DNA of 63,863 bases, counting the filler, from Globobulimina sp. (taxonomy: Eukaryota), in the NCBI GenBank assembly GCA_003354225.1. It is 34 parts of 34 records of this genome, joined end to end, with 100 filler letters (N's around TTAATTAATTAA, not from the genome) between each part and the next. Parts side by side here need not be neighbours in the genome. Positions count along the whole stretch, not along the records: positions 47,044 to 48,823 come from PIVH01012024.1; positions 48,924 to 50,703 come from PIVH01012025.1; positions 50,804 to 52,583 come from PIVH01012026.1; positions 52,684 to 54,463 come from PIVH01012027.1; positions 54,564 to 56,343 come from PIVH01012028.1; positions 56,444 to 58,223 come from PIVH01012029.1; positions 58,324 to 60,103 come from PIVH01012030.1; 27 more parts are not named here. One strand, given 5' to 3'. The notes beneath the pieces are model-generated. The model made no database searches and was not told the origin of the DNA. It was given only the letters and a program-made list of their open reading frames with translations. Shown here piece by piece: positions 48,525 through 60,203 of this stretch. The translations under genes and the position numbers were made by a program. Position 1 is the first letter of the stretch; every line of letters starts with the position of its first letter.

Positions 48525-49161
48525 CTTTGTAATATAAGTATTATACACAATGCATTTTTTTTAAGTATTACAACCCCTTTAACGATATAATCCAAAAGAT
48601 ACCCCCCTGCTCGATAAGTTGTATACATTTGATTCAATTATCTGAGAAACGCTTTGCAAATCCAGAAACGGTTTGCTATAGATTTGTCTTGGGTTTGTTC
48701 TGTGTTTGTTATAACTTTGTCATAATTAATATAACAATAGTACTGGACTTATAATCAACTAGTAATTTGTTGTACTCTTCTTTCTACTGAATTTCTACTA
48801 GCTGAAGTTTATAGATTTATTTTNNNNNNNNNNNNNNNNNNNNNNNNNNNNNNNNNNNNNNNNNNNNTTAATTAATTAANNNNNNNNNNNNNNNNNNNNN
48901 NNNNNNNNNNNNNNNNNNNNNNNGTGAGCAACCAACTCTAATTTATTATGGTGAGTTTAACTCCGATCACCGCAATGAAAATTAGCTCAATAGTTGTGTC
49001 TGCAGTGAGGTATTTTTTTTATAGTGTATATTTAAAAAAGGGATTACTGCACTTCAAAAACAGTTTATTGTATTGTTTTTTGGCGATGTGCGACATAATG
49101 ACAGACTCATTATAGTATTTTATGGAATTGCAAGATACACATAAATAATTATATAATCCAT

Positions 49162-50664
49162 TTACAATTTGGATTTAGTATTCCGTTTAAGCAATTTTTT
49201 AATATATTTTTGAAACGGTTTATTCTTCAAAAACCCATCGGTTCGCTCTTGAATGGCCTCCTCCTTAAAATCACTTTCCGTCCTTTCAATACTATTTTGT
49301 CTCGAAGCCATTCTCGATTGTGCTGCACCAAAATATTGTGCATAGAAATATTTCTTTTCTAAAACATCAACACATTTCGCCATCAATTTTACATTATTCC
49401 CATCATCACATTCATCCAAAATCTCATCCAACAAACCAATATCCACAGCCTCTTTTCCTTTAAACGGCACTGCAGTTTGCACAATAAATGTTGCCTTATG
49501 TCCTGAACCAACCACTCTTTCAATCTCAGCCAAAGTCTTACCGCCAGGCCCCAAACCATCCCTTGCTTCGCTCATTTGCATCACAGTCGATGCGAAACCA
49601 ATTCTGTAATCACAGGCAATTGCAAGTAGCGTCCCGCCCGCTGTACAGTAACCATTCAATGCTGCGATGATCGGAATATTTGATTTGTGGAACGCTAAAT
49701 ATGCTCTTCCAATATTTCGAAAATATTCCTTGGTAAATTCTTCATTTCCTGCGGCAAAAGTACGTAAATCAAATCCTGCTGAAAAAACTGCATATTTGTT
49801 TTGTTTTATTCGCTGTTTGGTATTGGCCGTTAATATAATACCACGACAATTTATATTCACACCATCACCATTTTTTCTGTTACTGTTCATATTTGCTGTC
49901 ATTGTTTGATCATTGATGGATTGTACAATATTTCTGACAGCAATCATTACATCGTTTGATAGAGCATGAACCGGCGGAGCATTTAGCAATAATTTAGCAA
50001 TAAAAATATTTCTTTTACTGGTCAATAAATATTCGTATTCAACTTTATTGTAAGGAATGTCTCCAAAATATTTCAATGCTTTGGCAATTACCCAATGGAT
50101 ATCGGCGGATTCTTGAACAAAATGACCAGCATTCGGCACCCATAAAATGGCACCATTTTGCATGGATGTTCCTAGCCTGACATTATCAGAATGCGTCCCA
50201 CTGTTTTTGCACATATATTTGTTCATTTTTAATGCAGTGTCGACTGTAAACACAATATCTAAGCAACCGTGCGCTTGGAATATATTTATTGCGTTCTCAA
50301 AATCACCGTTATTTAATTTAACTTGGTTCTGTTTGTAAAAAAAGTAAGCTTCTCGCTGTACATTCATACCATTGTCATGCGGTGATATTGGAACCATTGC
50401 CGGCCAGGCACGTAATGATAATTTCGATTCAGCGCTAAAAAATGGCGCAGCATATCCATTCAATTCAGATTGGGATAAATTTGGATTGGCTCTGCCCATT
50501 ACTTTCGATACGTTGATGTCAGGGTTTGTGGTGGCATATTTCCTCCAATTTATAAAACCTTTCGTAGGTTGTTGTGTTCCGTCACATATTGATGTGTTGA
50601 AAAATATTATTCGATTGAAAGCATTGCTGAAATGTAATGGCAATGTTAAGCCGATAATGCCACC
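49162..50664 (-). CDS. Haloalkane dehalogenase (DhlA-like) / enoyl-CoA hydratase-isomerase fusion with PTS1; last exon only
   Basis: Exon starts GGIIGLTLP after an AG acceptor; GFINWR, YAAPF, HGCLD, AGHFVQE; then LNAPPVHAL, FSAGFDL, NGYCTAGG..LAIACDYR; ends SKL*. Confidence 0.85.
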   Translation of the reverse strand, partial: GGIIGLTLPLHFSNAFNRIIFFNTSICDGTQQPTKGFINWRKYATTNPDINVSKVMGRANPNLSQSELNGYAAPFFSAESKLSLRAWPAMVPISPHDNGMNVQREAYFFYKQNQVKLNNGDFENAINIFQAHGCLDIVFTVDTALKMNKYMCKNSGTHSDNVRLGTSMQNGAILWVPNAGHFVQESADIHWVIAKALKYFGDIPYNKVEYEYLLTSKRNIFIAKLLLNAPPVHALSNDVMIAVRNIVQSINDQTMTANMNSNRKNGDGVNINCRGIILTANTKQRIKQNKYAVFSAGFDLRTFAAGNEEFTKEYFRNIGRAYLAFHKSNIPIIAALNGYCTAGGTLLAIACDYRIGFASTVMQMSEARDGLGPGGKTLAEIERVVGSGHKATFIVQTAVPFKGKEAVDIGLLDEILDECDDGNNVKLMAKCVDVLEKKYFYAQYFGAAQSRMASRQNSIERTESDFKEEAIQERTDGFLKNKPFQKYIKKLLKRNTKSKL

Positions 50665-50803
50665 CTTTTAATTTGGAAAATACATATGTTTTCTTTTTTT
50701 CAGNNNNNNNNNNNNNNNNNNNNNNNNNNNNNNNNNNNNNNNNNNNNTTAATTAATTAANNNNNNNNNNNNNNNNNNNNNNNNNNNNNNNNNNNNNNNNN
50801 NNN

Positions 50804-51461
50804 ACATATATAGCAAAGTAACAGTAAAAATTGTGTCCAACGCAAACAAAGAAATCTGTGAATATCGCATATATTGAATGTTGTTGTGCAACACCAACGG
50901 TCCGATTGTCCCGGGATCATTCCGGTAGACACATTGTTTGCTATTTGTGTCATGCTCGCTTCGTACCATTATTCCCATTAAAATGCCATATAAAATATAG
51001 ATATTTTGTAATAGCAAATTTGTTTTATAACCACTTGATTTTAAGTACAAAAACGAATGTTCCTCAAATGTACATTTGATTCTGTACAACATAAATGTGA
51101 AAAATCCACATCTGTCGAGGTAAAATGTGACAATTAATACTTTGCCCAATATATTACAAATGGAATTGGTGTGTATGAATGCGGAGAAAAATAGCATTTG
51201 AGAAAAATAAAATTGCGAAAATGAAACACAAGCAAATGAGGACCAGAGCTCCAAATGGCATTTATTTGCATGTGTTTTGACGCTTTGCGATGTCGCCACA
51301 CTGTGTGTTTGAGTCGTTTCTGCAACGTGGCAGCTGGTGTAGTCATTGGATTTATAATGTGCGGTTTGAGCGTGGTATAATAATGGACAGTATAAAACAA
51401 TGCATATAATTATTCCTATTATGCATGAGCAAAGTCGAATAAATATCAGAACTTCAGTCAT
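50804..51461 (-). CDS. GPCR-like multi-pass membrane protein, 3' partial
   Basis: Five TM helices, Cys before TM3 and in the second extracellular loop, MLYRIKCTF at the TM3 end. Confidence 0.55.
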
Positions 51462-51758
51462 ATTATTTTTAGTATGCCATGGTGCTATTTTCTCGGAGCA
51501 TTACAGTTTTTTCAGTCAAACGTTGCGAAAGAATTAAAGGAAAAAAAAAGTTGCGAAAGAAAGGAAAAAAGAAACGAATGGCACAACATGTACATGGAAT
51601 GTTGTAGAATTCTACAAGTTGGGACAACGCTGTGTGTGTTTTAAATGGACATTATATGTGCAACCAAAAACAAATATATATAAAATAAACAACATAAAAA
51701 CAAGAGAAACACTTAATAGTAAACTGAAACAATTAATATTTTATAGTGTCAGCTACAT

Positions 51759-52583
51759 TTACTTGTTTATCCAGATATTAACTCCAACCTTTTCAGAATT
51801 ATTTTGCACCGTATTTGCTCTATGAATTAACATCTCGTCACCTTCAAAAATGTTGTTTGGATTGACATTGCACCACAACACAGCAGTGCCCCTTTGCGGT
51901 CTTACTTTAATCCCAATTTTAGGGAAATAAGTCTCTCCGCCACCATCTAGTGGCAAATCTGTCAAATACACAAAAAATGAAAATATACGTAATGGCAACA
52001 TCAAATCAATCGAATACTCGTTACTTTCAACTGACACTCCTGTTGCTGTCTGAATGTATATACAAAGTCAATTTTTTTACATATCCGAGTTTATTAATTT
52101 TCAGATGCAAGCAAATAGAGAAAAAACTCAACTATATTACTGTTATAATTGTTGCGTAGCTTTGCTTTCAGTGTTTCATTGATTAAAGTGCCTGAATCAT
52201 GATGCAAATCAAACGACTGTCCTTTTGTATAGCGCAATAATTGCAATTCTTCAACGTTTTTATGCGACTTTCCAACAATATTCGCCGCTCGCTTTTCAAT
52301 CGTATATATTATTTTATTCATAGATTTCCGCAGGAAAATGCTCGTTGAGGTTCGTTTGAGAGAATATAGCTGAATATATCAAAAAACAATAGTTAGTTTC
52401 TGACAATCTGACATTATAAATTGCGAATTTTCGCTATTAATTAACTCGTTGGTAAGGTAATAAAGGTGGTGACTGCGTATAGGAACTTTCAAATTTCTGG
52501 CTGTTATTTCGGGCAATATTTAGTAAATGAGTTATTTCGTAGTCATTTAAGAAATTATTGATTAAGAATACATTTGGAGAATG
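51759..52583 (-). CDS. Prolyl 4-hydroxylase alpha-like 2OG-Fe(II) dioxygenase, multi-exon, 5' partial
   Basis: LQLLRY...HHD, FFVYL, GGETYFP, GTAVLW, IHRA, KVGVNIW. Confidence 0.88.
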
Positions 52584-52683
52584 NNNNNNNNNNNNNNNNN
52601 NNNNNNNNNNNNNNNNNNNNNNNNNNNTTAATTAATTAANNNNNNNNNNNNNNNNNNNNNNNNNNNNNNNNNNNNNNNNNNNN

Positions 52684-54463
52684 TGGTGAGGTAGCATCAA
52701 TTCCAATTATTACAAATATAAAACCAGTGACAAAACCAACCCAAGCAATAAAAGCAAAGAATGGATGTATTAAAACGGAGCCAATCTCAAATGAATTGAT
52801 AATGAAACAGGAGAAAGATTTAATTCATAATGCAAACGAGTCGGTCAATGACAGGGATGTAATAATCATCGAAAAAGTAAAAGTGAAATCATATGAACCA
52901 ACATTACAGCTAGATTTTGATGTGCATCATAATGAAATTGCTCAATTACAAATACATAAAACAATTACACACCAAATAAGCCCTACAGCAGATGATGAAT
53001 TGCAACAACACCATTTGCAAAATCACACTCACAAAGCACATATATTGGATGATGAATTAACGGATAAAAGCACACAAAATGTGGATAAAAATAATGCATG
53101 TAATACCATGAATGCATCATCGCCGTCACCGTCACCGTCACCGTCCCCGTCGTCATCCCACTTATCCGAACCATCGGAACTGTCCACAAACACAGAAATG
53201 ACAGAATGTAAGCAACTGGTTCGAATTCAGGAGAAAGACGAGACAGACAACAATGTACATGCACAAAAACGAAATGAGACACAAACACAAATAGAAAGTG
53301 CTCCAATCATTCCTTCTCAACCTCACATCCATAGTCAATCCATGGAATCAATGGAATCAATGGAATCAATACAGCCCAAACCAGCAGATACAAATCCTAA
53401 TCAATCCGAACAATCCCAACAATGTGAAATGGAATTAATGGATCCATTAAACCATGAAACGGATAAAAAAGAAGATATCCATGAATCGGAGGATAAACTA
53501 CAAGACAAACAATGCATTGATGATCCACAACAAAACAACACTGACACACATAATACACACACAATAGACACAGAAACCGAAACCGAAACAGAAATAGAAA
53601 CCGAAAAGACAGACAAAGACAGACAACAAGCTGTAAACCAACACAATTCAGAAAGTGATGGTGACACAGAAGCCGACAATACAAACAATGACAGTGATCA
53701 AACACAGCCGGCCTCCATCCACCAACCAAATCCAAATCAGTGTAAATCTACATTAGATATAAACTGTTCCAATGCAACTACGTCTACCTCGCCACAATCA
53801 TCTCCCTCTCCATCCGCGCCCTCCTCACCGTCCTCTCCCTCTTCGCCTTCATCCAACCAACCATTCGAAGCCCATTTACCCTCATTATCCAACAATCCGT
53901 CCATGAGCACCATGACCGAGAACCTGAATGCAATGAGTTCCATGAATGCGAGCCATGCCATGATAGCCTCGCATTATAATAATCTAAATAACATAAACAA
54001 TATCACCAATATCCGTAAACACCACCAAGTACAACCGGTGCCTGTGGCAACCCCATACGCATTGTTCCAATTAAATGCAATCCACGGACAACAACCGTAT
54101 GATTTACAATCGTTATACATCCCGACCACCACACATATCGACAGTAATATAGACACCAACTCTGAATATAACCATCAAAGCATCAACACGGACTCCACAA
54201 ATTCATCACAAACCATACACTCCGCCTCAAATACCAATAGCGAACAGACTAAAACCATTGCTCCTACCTATACCGATAAACCCATTATTCAAACCAGCCA
54301 CTCCGAAAAGCCCACTGCAAACAATAAAAGCAGTGATAACAACATGGATGTATTACTGCGACAACTTGGACGACAACTACTGGCCAGCATTGCCCGCACC
54401 CAACTCAACCAATTAGAAAGTTTGGGCAACAGGCGGGAAAATAGCATCGATAGACAGGGTCCA
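52684..54463 (+). CDS. Low-complexity, probably disordered protein (S/P/N/Q/T-rich), partial
   Basis: Contig-long open frame with SP, ET and SME repeats. Confidence 0.6.
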
Positions 54464-54678
54464 NNNNNNNNNNNNNNNNNNNNNNNNNNNNNNNNNNNNN
54501 NNNNNNNTTAATTAATTAANNNNNNNNNNNNNNNNNNNNNNNNNNNNNNNNNNNNNNNNNNNNCGTTATTCACAAGTTGAATATGTCCTTCGCTGGTTTT
54601 TTCTTCGGGTATTTGGATCTTAAAGCCTGTATATACACCTAATTTAATATGTACAATATGAGAACAATAGTTTATATT

Positions 54679-55974
54679 TTACTTCGACGCATAATTATTT
54701 GCATTGTCAGGTCCGATATTTGCTCCAACCACACTAGTCTGGCTATCAAATAATGCGAAGCCATCCACAAATCCATCACTAGTATTTTGTACGTCACTGC
54801 TATCACTAGTATCGCTTACATTATTTTCCAACAATAATATGTGTTGACTGATACTTAATTTGTGATGTTTCTGTGCTTTTTTAGCTTTACTTATTTTTTC
54901 TAAAGTAATCAATATGACAGACGCAAACATTGCGAATGCACCGCCCCAATCTACAATATTCGGTTTCGTATCAAAAATAAATATTTGCCATAAAAAACAC
55001 CAAAATATATCAGTACATCGCAACATCGATGCAACTCCGCTCATAATCAATTGACCGCCTTTAGTCAATGTCCACTGTGCAACAAAGCCAATGGTACCAA
55101 TAAAAAATAAACACAAACACTCCATAATTAACTAAATTGTCACTCACTCCATCCGCAAACAAATGAAATGAATTCTGAAATATCAAGGTTTGGAACACAA
55201 AACCAACAATCACCGAAAATATACCTTGGCTCAATATTAAGATGAATACCGCTGACTTCTTGGCATATTTTATGCAAATATACACCACCGATTGGCATAA
55301 TGCCGAGGAAGATGCGATCATATAACCATAATATTCATTGTGTGTATGTGTGCTTGCTTTGTCTGTTGATATTATACCAGTAAATATCATCGGTGGCTGC
55401 GTAATACAAACAACACCAACTAAACACAAAAACAATGCGATAAAATGTTTCTTTGTGATAGATTCTCCAAATAAAACCCACGCCACAAATGATGTAACCA
55501 CAGTTACCAATGCTTTTAATGTCACACAATCACCGATTGGCAGCAATACTGCGCCTTCAAAATAGGTCAAGGTAGAAAAGGCCCCAAATAAACCACGTCC
55601 GAGGATGGCAAATATATTAATTTCTTATTACCTGCTAATGAGGACACGGATTGTTTCATATCATTTACATTACATTTGCATGAGAAGGGTTGTAATGTGT
55701 AACTAAAAACAGAGGAAAATAAACATAAAAGTATTTGTATGGTGGCTCTGTAGATCAATATTTCTGCCGCACTGAAACCTAAGTTTGAGCCCCATTTCAC
55801 TAATGCTGCCAAACCAGAATACATGACACCGGATATCAACATCAAAATTATACCAAATATAACGTCACAGACATCGACTTTTTCCTTTTCATGGTCATCA
55901 TCTAATTCTGGATAATTTGGATGATAATCATCAGGCATATGATCGTACATTGATAAATCGTTTTTGTTTTTCAT
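54679..55974 (-). pseudogene. EamA/DMT (SLC35G-like) transporter with two frame breaks
   Basis: EILIYRA, GRGLFG, LPIGD, LFGESI, GVVCITQP, AQWTLTKG; breaks near 55610 and 55135. Confidence 0.8.
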
Positions 55975-56443
55975 TGTTTCTGCTTGATGGCATGCAAATA
56001 ATTTAAATACTTCAAAAGACTGAAAACGATATCTTATATAAACTATAAAAACCCACTTCTGAACAAAAGTCGCTTCCAGTCCATATATCCAAGTCATTCG
56101 GATATTGCAAATGTGATAGATAGATAGAGTTAAAGTAAAAACGTGTCAAACATACAAATATTGTCACGTTACAGCCTTGTGGATTATTGACGGTGCCACA
56201 CGTTGATTGGCTACATCATCAATGATTCTTTACATCCATTAATTTTGCAATCATTATTTGTGACTACAAAATCATTTTTTAAACTGCTAACTTTTATAGC
56301 CATAGGCCGTGATAAATAGTTTGCTTTTAATTCTTTTAATACANNNNNNNNNNNNNNNNNNNNNNNNNNNNNNNNNNNNNNNNNNNNTTAATTAATTAAN
56401 NNNNNNNNNNNNNNNNNNNNNNNNNNNNNNNNNNNNNNNNNNN

Positions 56444-56790
56444 GAAAATAATGCTCCTCCCAGAAAGCCTTCCCATGTTTTTTTTGGTGAAATTCGCTCA
56501 AATAATTTGTTTTTTCCTATCAAAGAGCCAACAATATATGCACCGGAATCACTGGCCCAGATAAGTACAAAGAAAGCCATTAAAATTGAGCCATTATATG
56601 TAGTGTTAAAAACTGGGCTGTAAACCATATAACTTGTTAAACTAAACGGAACTGCCACATAAAACGCACCAAAAAGAGCATATGAGATATTGGTAAAAGG
56701 GTGTTCAGAGTCTCTAAATAGCTCTATTATCATTAATAGAACAATAATTGGAAGATATAATGCAAACAAATTTAGCCATATACTTTTCAG
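56444..56790 (-). CDS. cdsA: Bacterial (Bacteroidota-like) phosphatidate cytidylyltransferase fragment
   Basis: [34 protein letters not shown]. Confidence 0.88.
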
Positions 56791-58204
56791 CACAGCAACA
56801 AAATTGCAAAAACCCACAACAAAACAAACCTTGGAAACTGCAATTCCAAGCCATCCAAATCATAATAAATCTGTTGGAATCTGGCTACTCTCATGTTCAG
56901 GATTAGTATTTGGAATGGTTGTGATTGGCGGTTTAACTCGATTGACAAAATCTGGTCTAAGCATGGTATGTTTCCATACTCATATAGTTTATTCAAGAAA
57001 TATATAGAAAGAGCATGCGGTCATTTCTCAATAAGTGTTCTATTTTTTGTATCCTCGCACTCAGTGTACAATTTGTTGGAAGATCCCCTTTATGTGCGAG
57101 GATAGAAAAAATAGAACACTTTTGGAGAAATGACCGCATGCTCTTTCTATGCAGACTGACTGGAAGTTCCAAGGTGGATTCCCGCCATTAACACAAGAAA
57201 GTTGGCAAAAAGAGTTTGCAAAATACCAACAATATCCAGAGTTCAACCGTATAAATCAAAATATGTCGTTAGCGGACTTCAAAAACATTTATAAATGGGA
57301 GTATGGGCATAGAATGTATGGCCGATTCATAGGTCTTGCATTCACGCTACCTTTACTATATTATGCCGGCAGACGATATATATCGCCACAGTTATATAAG
57401 CGATTGGGTGTGTTATTTGTTTTAGGTTTTAGCCAAGGAATTGTTGGTTGGTGGATGGTGAAATCCGGTTTGAAGGAAGAAGGTAATGACACATATAACA
57501 ATTTGCCCCGAGTCAGTCCGTACAGATTAGCAACGCATTTGGGATTTGCTTTTGTTTTATATATTGGTTTATTATACAATGGATTGTATGTTTATGCGCA
57601 AAGAAATACGATAAAAGCGTTGCTATCGGGGTTGGAAATAAATTCATTTCACGGAGTGTCTGCAAAATACAGAATGAGTGTGCATGGAATGAGTTTGGTG
57701 GCATTGTTGACTGCTTTGATGGGTGGCTTTGTGGCTGGAAATGAAGCAGGTTTGGTATATAATGATTGGCCGAAGATGGGAGTTGGTTATATTCCAAATG
57801 ATTTATGGAATCCATACATTGAACAAAAATGGAGAAACGTATTTGAAAATTCAACCATGATACAATTTGTTCATCGCAATTTAGCATATTGTACAGTGAT
57901 TGGTAGTGTTTTGTTGTTTGCGTATACGAAGAGGTTGGACAAATTAGGACTTGTTACCAAAAATATATTACATGTTTCCGGGAGTTTGATGGGTTTAACT
58001 TTATTGCAATCAACGTTGGGTGTATTGACGTTGATTAATGAAATTCCGATATCATTGGCGTCTATGCATCAAACTGGTTCGTTAACAGTGTTAGGAGCCA
58101 GTGTTTTGTTGTTATTTCTGACAAGAAAAAAAGGTTATGGCGCATCAAGCAAATTAATCAATCAATTGATGCGAAATGGTAAACCATCATTTCTCATCGT
58201 GTAA
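56785..58204 (+). CDS. COX15: Heme A synthase (type 2), 5' truncated, one intron 56966-57154
   Basis: [59 protein letters not shown]. Confidence 0.95.
57004..57150. repeat. 57-bp inverted repeat with 33-nt loop inside the COX15 intron
   Basis: 57004-57060 vs 57094-57150, 3 mismatches. Confidence 0.95.
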
Positions 58205-58372
58205 GGAAAAGCTTCCTTCTTTANNNNNNNNNNNNNNNNNNNNNNNNNNNNNNNNNNNNNNNNNNNNTTAATTAATTAANNNNNNNNNNNNNNNNNNNNN
58301 NNNNNNNNNNNNNNNNNNNNNNNCTATTTATGGCGGCGGAGCCGCCTCATCAGTCGATATCCATATAAAATA

Positions 58373-58436
58373 GTGATGATAGCTCAATACGAGCATCTTA
58401 TTAAAGAAGATTTGGGTCTAAATCCCAATCATCACA
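58373..58436 (+). ncRNA. Compact 64-nt tRNA-like cloverleaf
   Basis: GTGATGA/TCATCAC, GCTC/GAGC, ATCTT/AAGAT, TTGGG/CCCAA stems; T-rich tract downstream. Confidence 0.55.
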
Positions 58437-58663
58437 TATTTAATTTTTGTTTTTTTGTTTCTATTTGTGATCCCTAGGTACTATAAAAGTGTTTTTCGTT
58501 TCTATTTTATAATTCTTACATACAATAATGATCAAAATAAAGTTACTTTTATAGGCGTTTTTGGGAATAAATTACTTTAATTGCCATTGTTCAATTATGC
58601 ACTGCAGCGAGACCTGGCTAGCAGTGGAGTTTTGAGTGTTAATTTATTGTCACCTTTTGCGGC

Positions 58664-59716
58664 ATGGCAACAGGTTTTCGAGATGAATTTGTCAAATCAA
58701 CAAATTCGAATAGCAGTTTAAAGAATGGGCGTGATGCAAATTACAACACATTTATTCGGTATAATAATATTAATATTGGCGAATACTCTGACGAATATTC
58801 CTCATTTTTGCGAGAAAGAATCGAGTTAACAAATAAGTTCTGTTTTAAAATCATAAATTATTGGATTCGAGTACTAGTGAATGCGCATAATGTGAATGGA
58901 AAGCGAAGCAATTTCAATTTCTTGTTTGTTTTATCCATATCATACTGTATTAAGCCAGAGATGACAGCAAATCATTGGCATTGGGATGGGAATAATAATA
59001 ATAATAACAAAGAGAAAATCATCAAGTTATTAAATACAAAGCAAACGTTTATGGTTCACAGTGACAAATTTCGTTTGGGTAAAAAGAAGAAAATAATCAA
59101 TTTCAAACAATTGACAAAATATCATAATATGAGTTTGTGTCCGCATATTCCAAACATAAATGAATGCAATTTATGTTTTTATGAATTTGAAATTTATCAA
59201 AAATATTTAAATTGGAAAACAAACTTTAAACAGATTTTTGAGAGGAAATATGTTCCATTGTCTGGTTCGCATAAAATTGGTATTTCGAGCAAAAGAAACA
59301 ATTATTTTATTGGCATTTATTCCTATTTCAATCAGTCACTTTGTTTGAACAGCAAATATAAGAAAAATGGGCAAATGTATTCGATCGATATCAATGGAAA
59401 CAAGAAATTGATTAAAAGACAAATTGCATTCAGAAAACATGAGATTATTCATATCAAAATCGACTGGATTCAAAAACAATTAATTTTCCATCGCATTTCA
59501 TTGAAAAATCGCAGCAATAATAAAATAATTATTAATTTAACCAATATTAAACCTAAAAAAAATAAAAATAAAAATAAAACTAAATATTTAAATATCAACA
59601 AATTTGAATGGAATATTTCGTGTTCCATTTGCTTGAATGATATTGATTCATTTATGTGGAATAACAAAGATAAAGATTTTATCACTTATACCATCAATCA
59701 AGCATATATATTGTAA
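58664..59716 (+). CDS. Hypothetical N/K/I-rich protein, possibly SPRY-like C-terminal region
   Basis: 350 aa ATG-started ORF; IIHIKIDWIQKQLIF pattern. Confidence 0.45.
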   Translation: MATGFRDEFVKSTNSNSSLKNGRDANYNTFIRYNNINIGEYSDEYSSFLRERIELTNKFCFKIINYWIRVLVNAHNVNGKRSNFNFLFVLSISYCIKPEMTANHWHWDGNNNNNNKEKIIKLLNTKQTFMVHSDKFRLGKKKKIINFKQLTKYHNMSLCPHIPNINECNLCFYEFEIYQKYLNWKTNFKQIFERKYVPLSGSHKIGISSKRNNYFIGIYSYFNQSLCLNSKYKKNGQMYSIDINGNKKLIKRQIAFRKHEIIHIKIDWIQKQLIFHRISLKNRSNNKIIINLTNIKPKKNKNKNKTKYLNINKFEWNISCSICLNDIDSFMWNNKDKDFITYTINQAYIL

Positions 59717-59845
59717 TTGTGTCATTTGATTTGTGTCATTTGTGTGTCTTGTCTCAAACGTTTCTTTTTCTTTTTCAAGTGTTGACTGTTGAGTGAAATG
59801 CTGGTTATAAATTTAAATATTTTTTGAGAAACGATTCGTCGAACC

Positions 59846-60103
59846 ATGTCGTCTCATAAAACAATTAAAATTGTTGTTTTAGGAGATTTGGCGGTTGGAA
59901 AGTACGTATAATCCATGGCCATACTTGTTTAACATACAAAATATTATTACCAATACAAAAATATACAGGACCAGCCTTCTCGGTATATTCAATTCATTAA
60001 TTACCAAACTACATCATGTTCAATTAAAATACATAATATGCATAGTATCGTTTACAACGGACGGGTTTTCAGAGAAATATGTGCCAACAGAATTTGATAA
60101 TTA
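59846..60103 (+). CDS. Rho/Rac family small GTPase, 3' partial, with 14-nt micro-exon
   Basis: Exons 59846-59901, 59969-59982, 60046-60103 give [42 protein letters not shown]. Confidence 0.9.
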
Positions 60104-60203
60104 NNNNNNNNNNNNNNNNNNNNNNNNNNNNNNNNNNNNNNNNNNNNTTAATTAATTAANNNNNNNNNNNNNNNNNNNNNNNNNNNNNNNNNNNNNNNNN
60201 NNN

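Noticed and set aside
52983-54159. Hydrophobic minus-strand ORFs
   Set aside because: Antisense products of the low-complexity plus-strand gene
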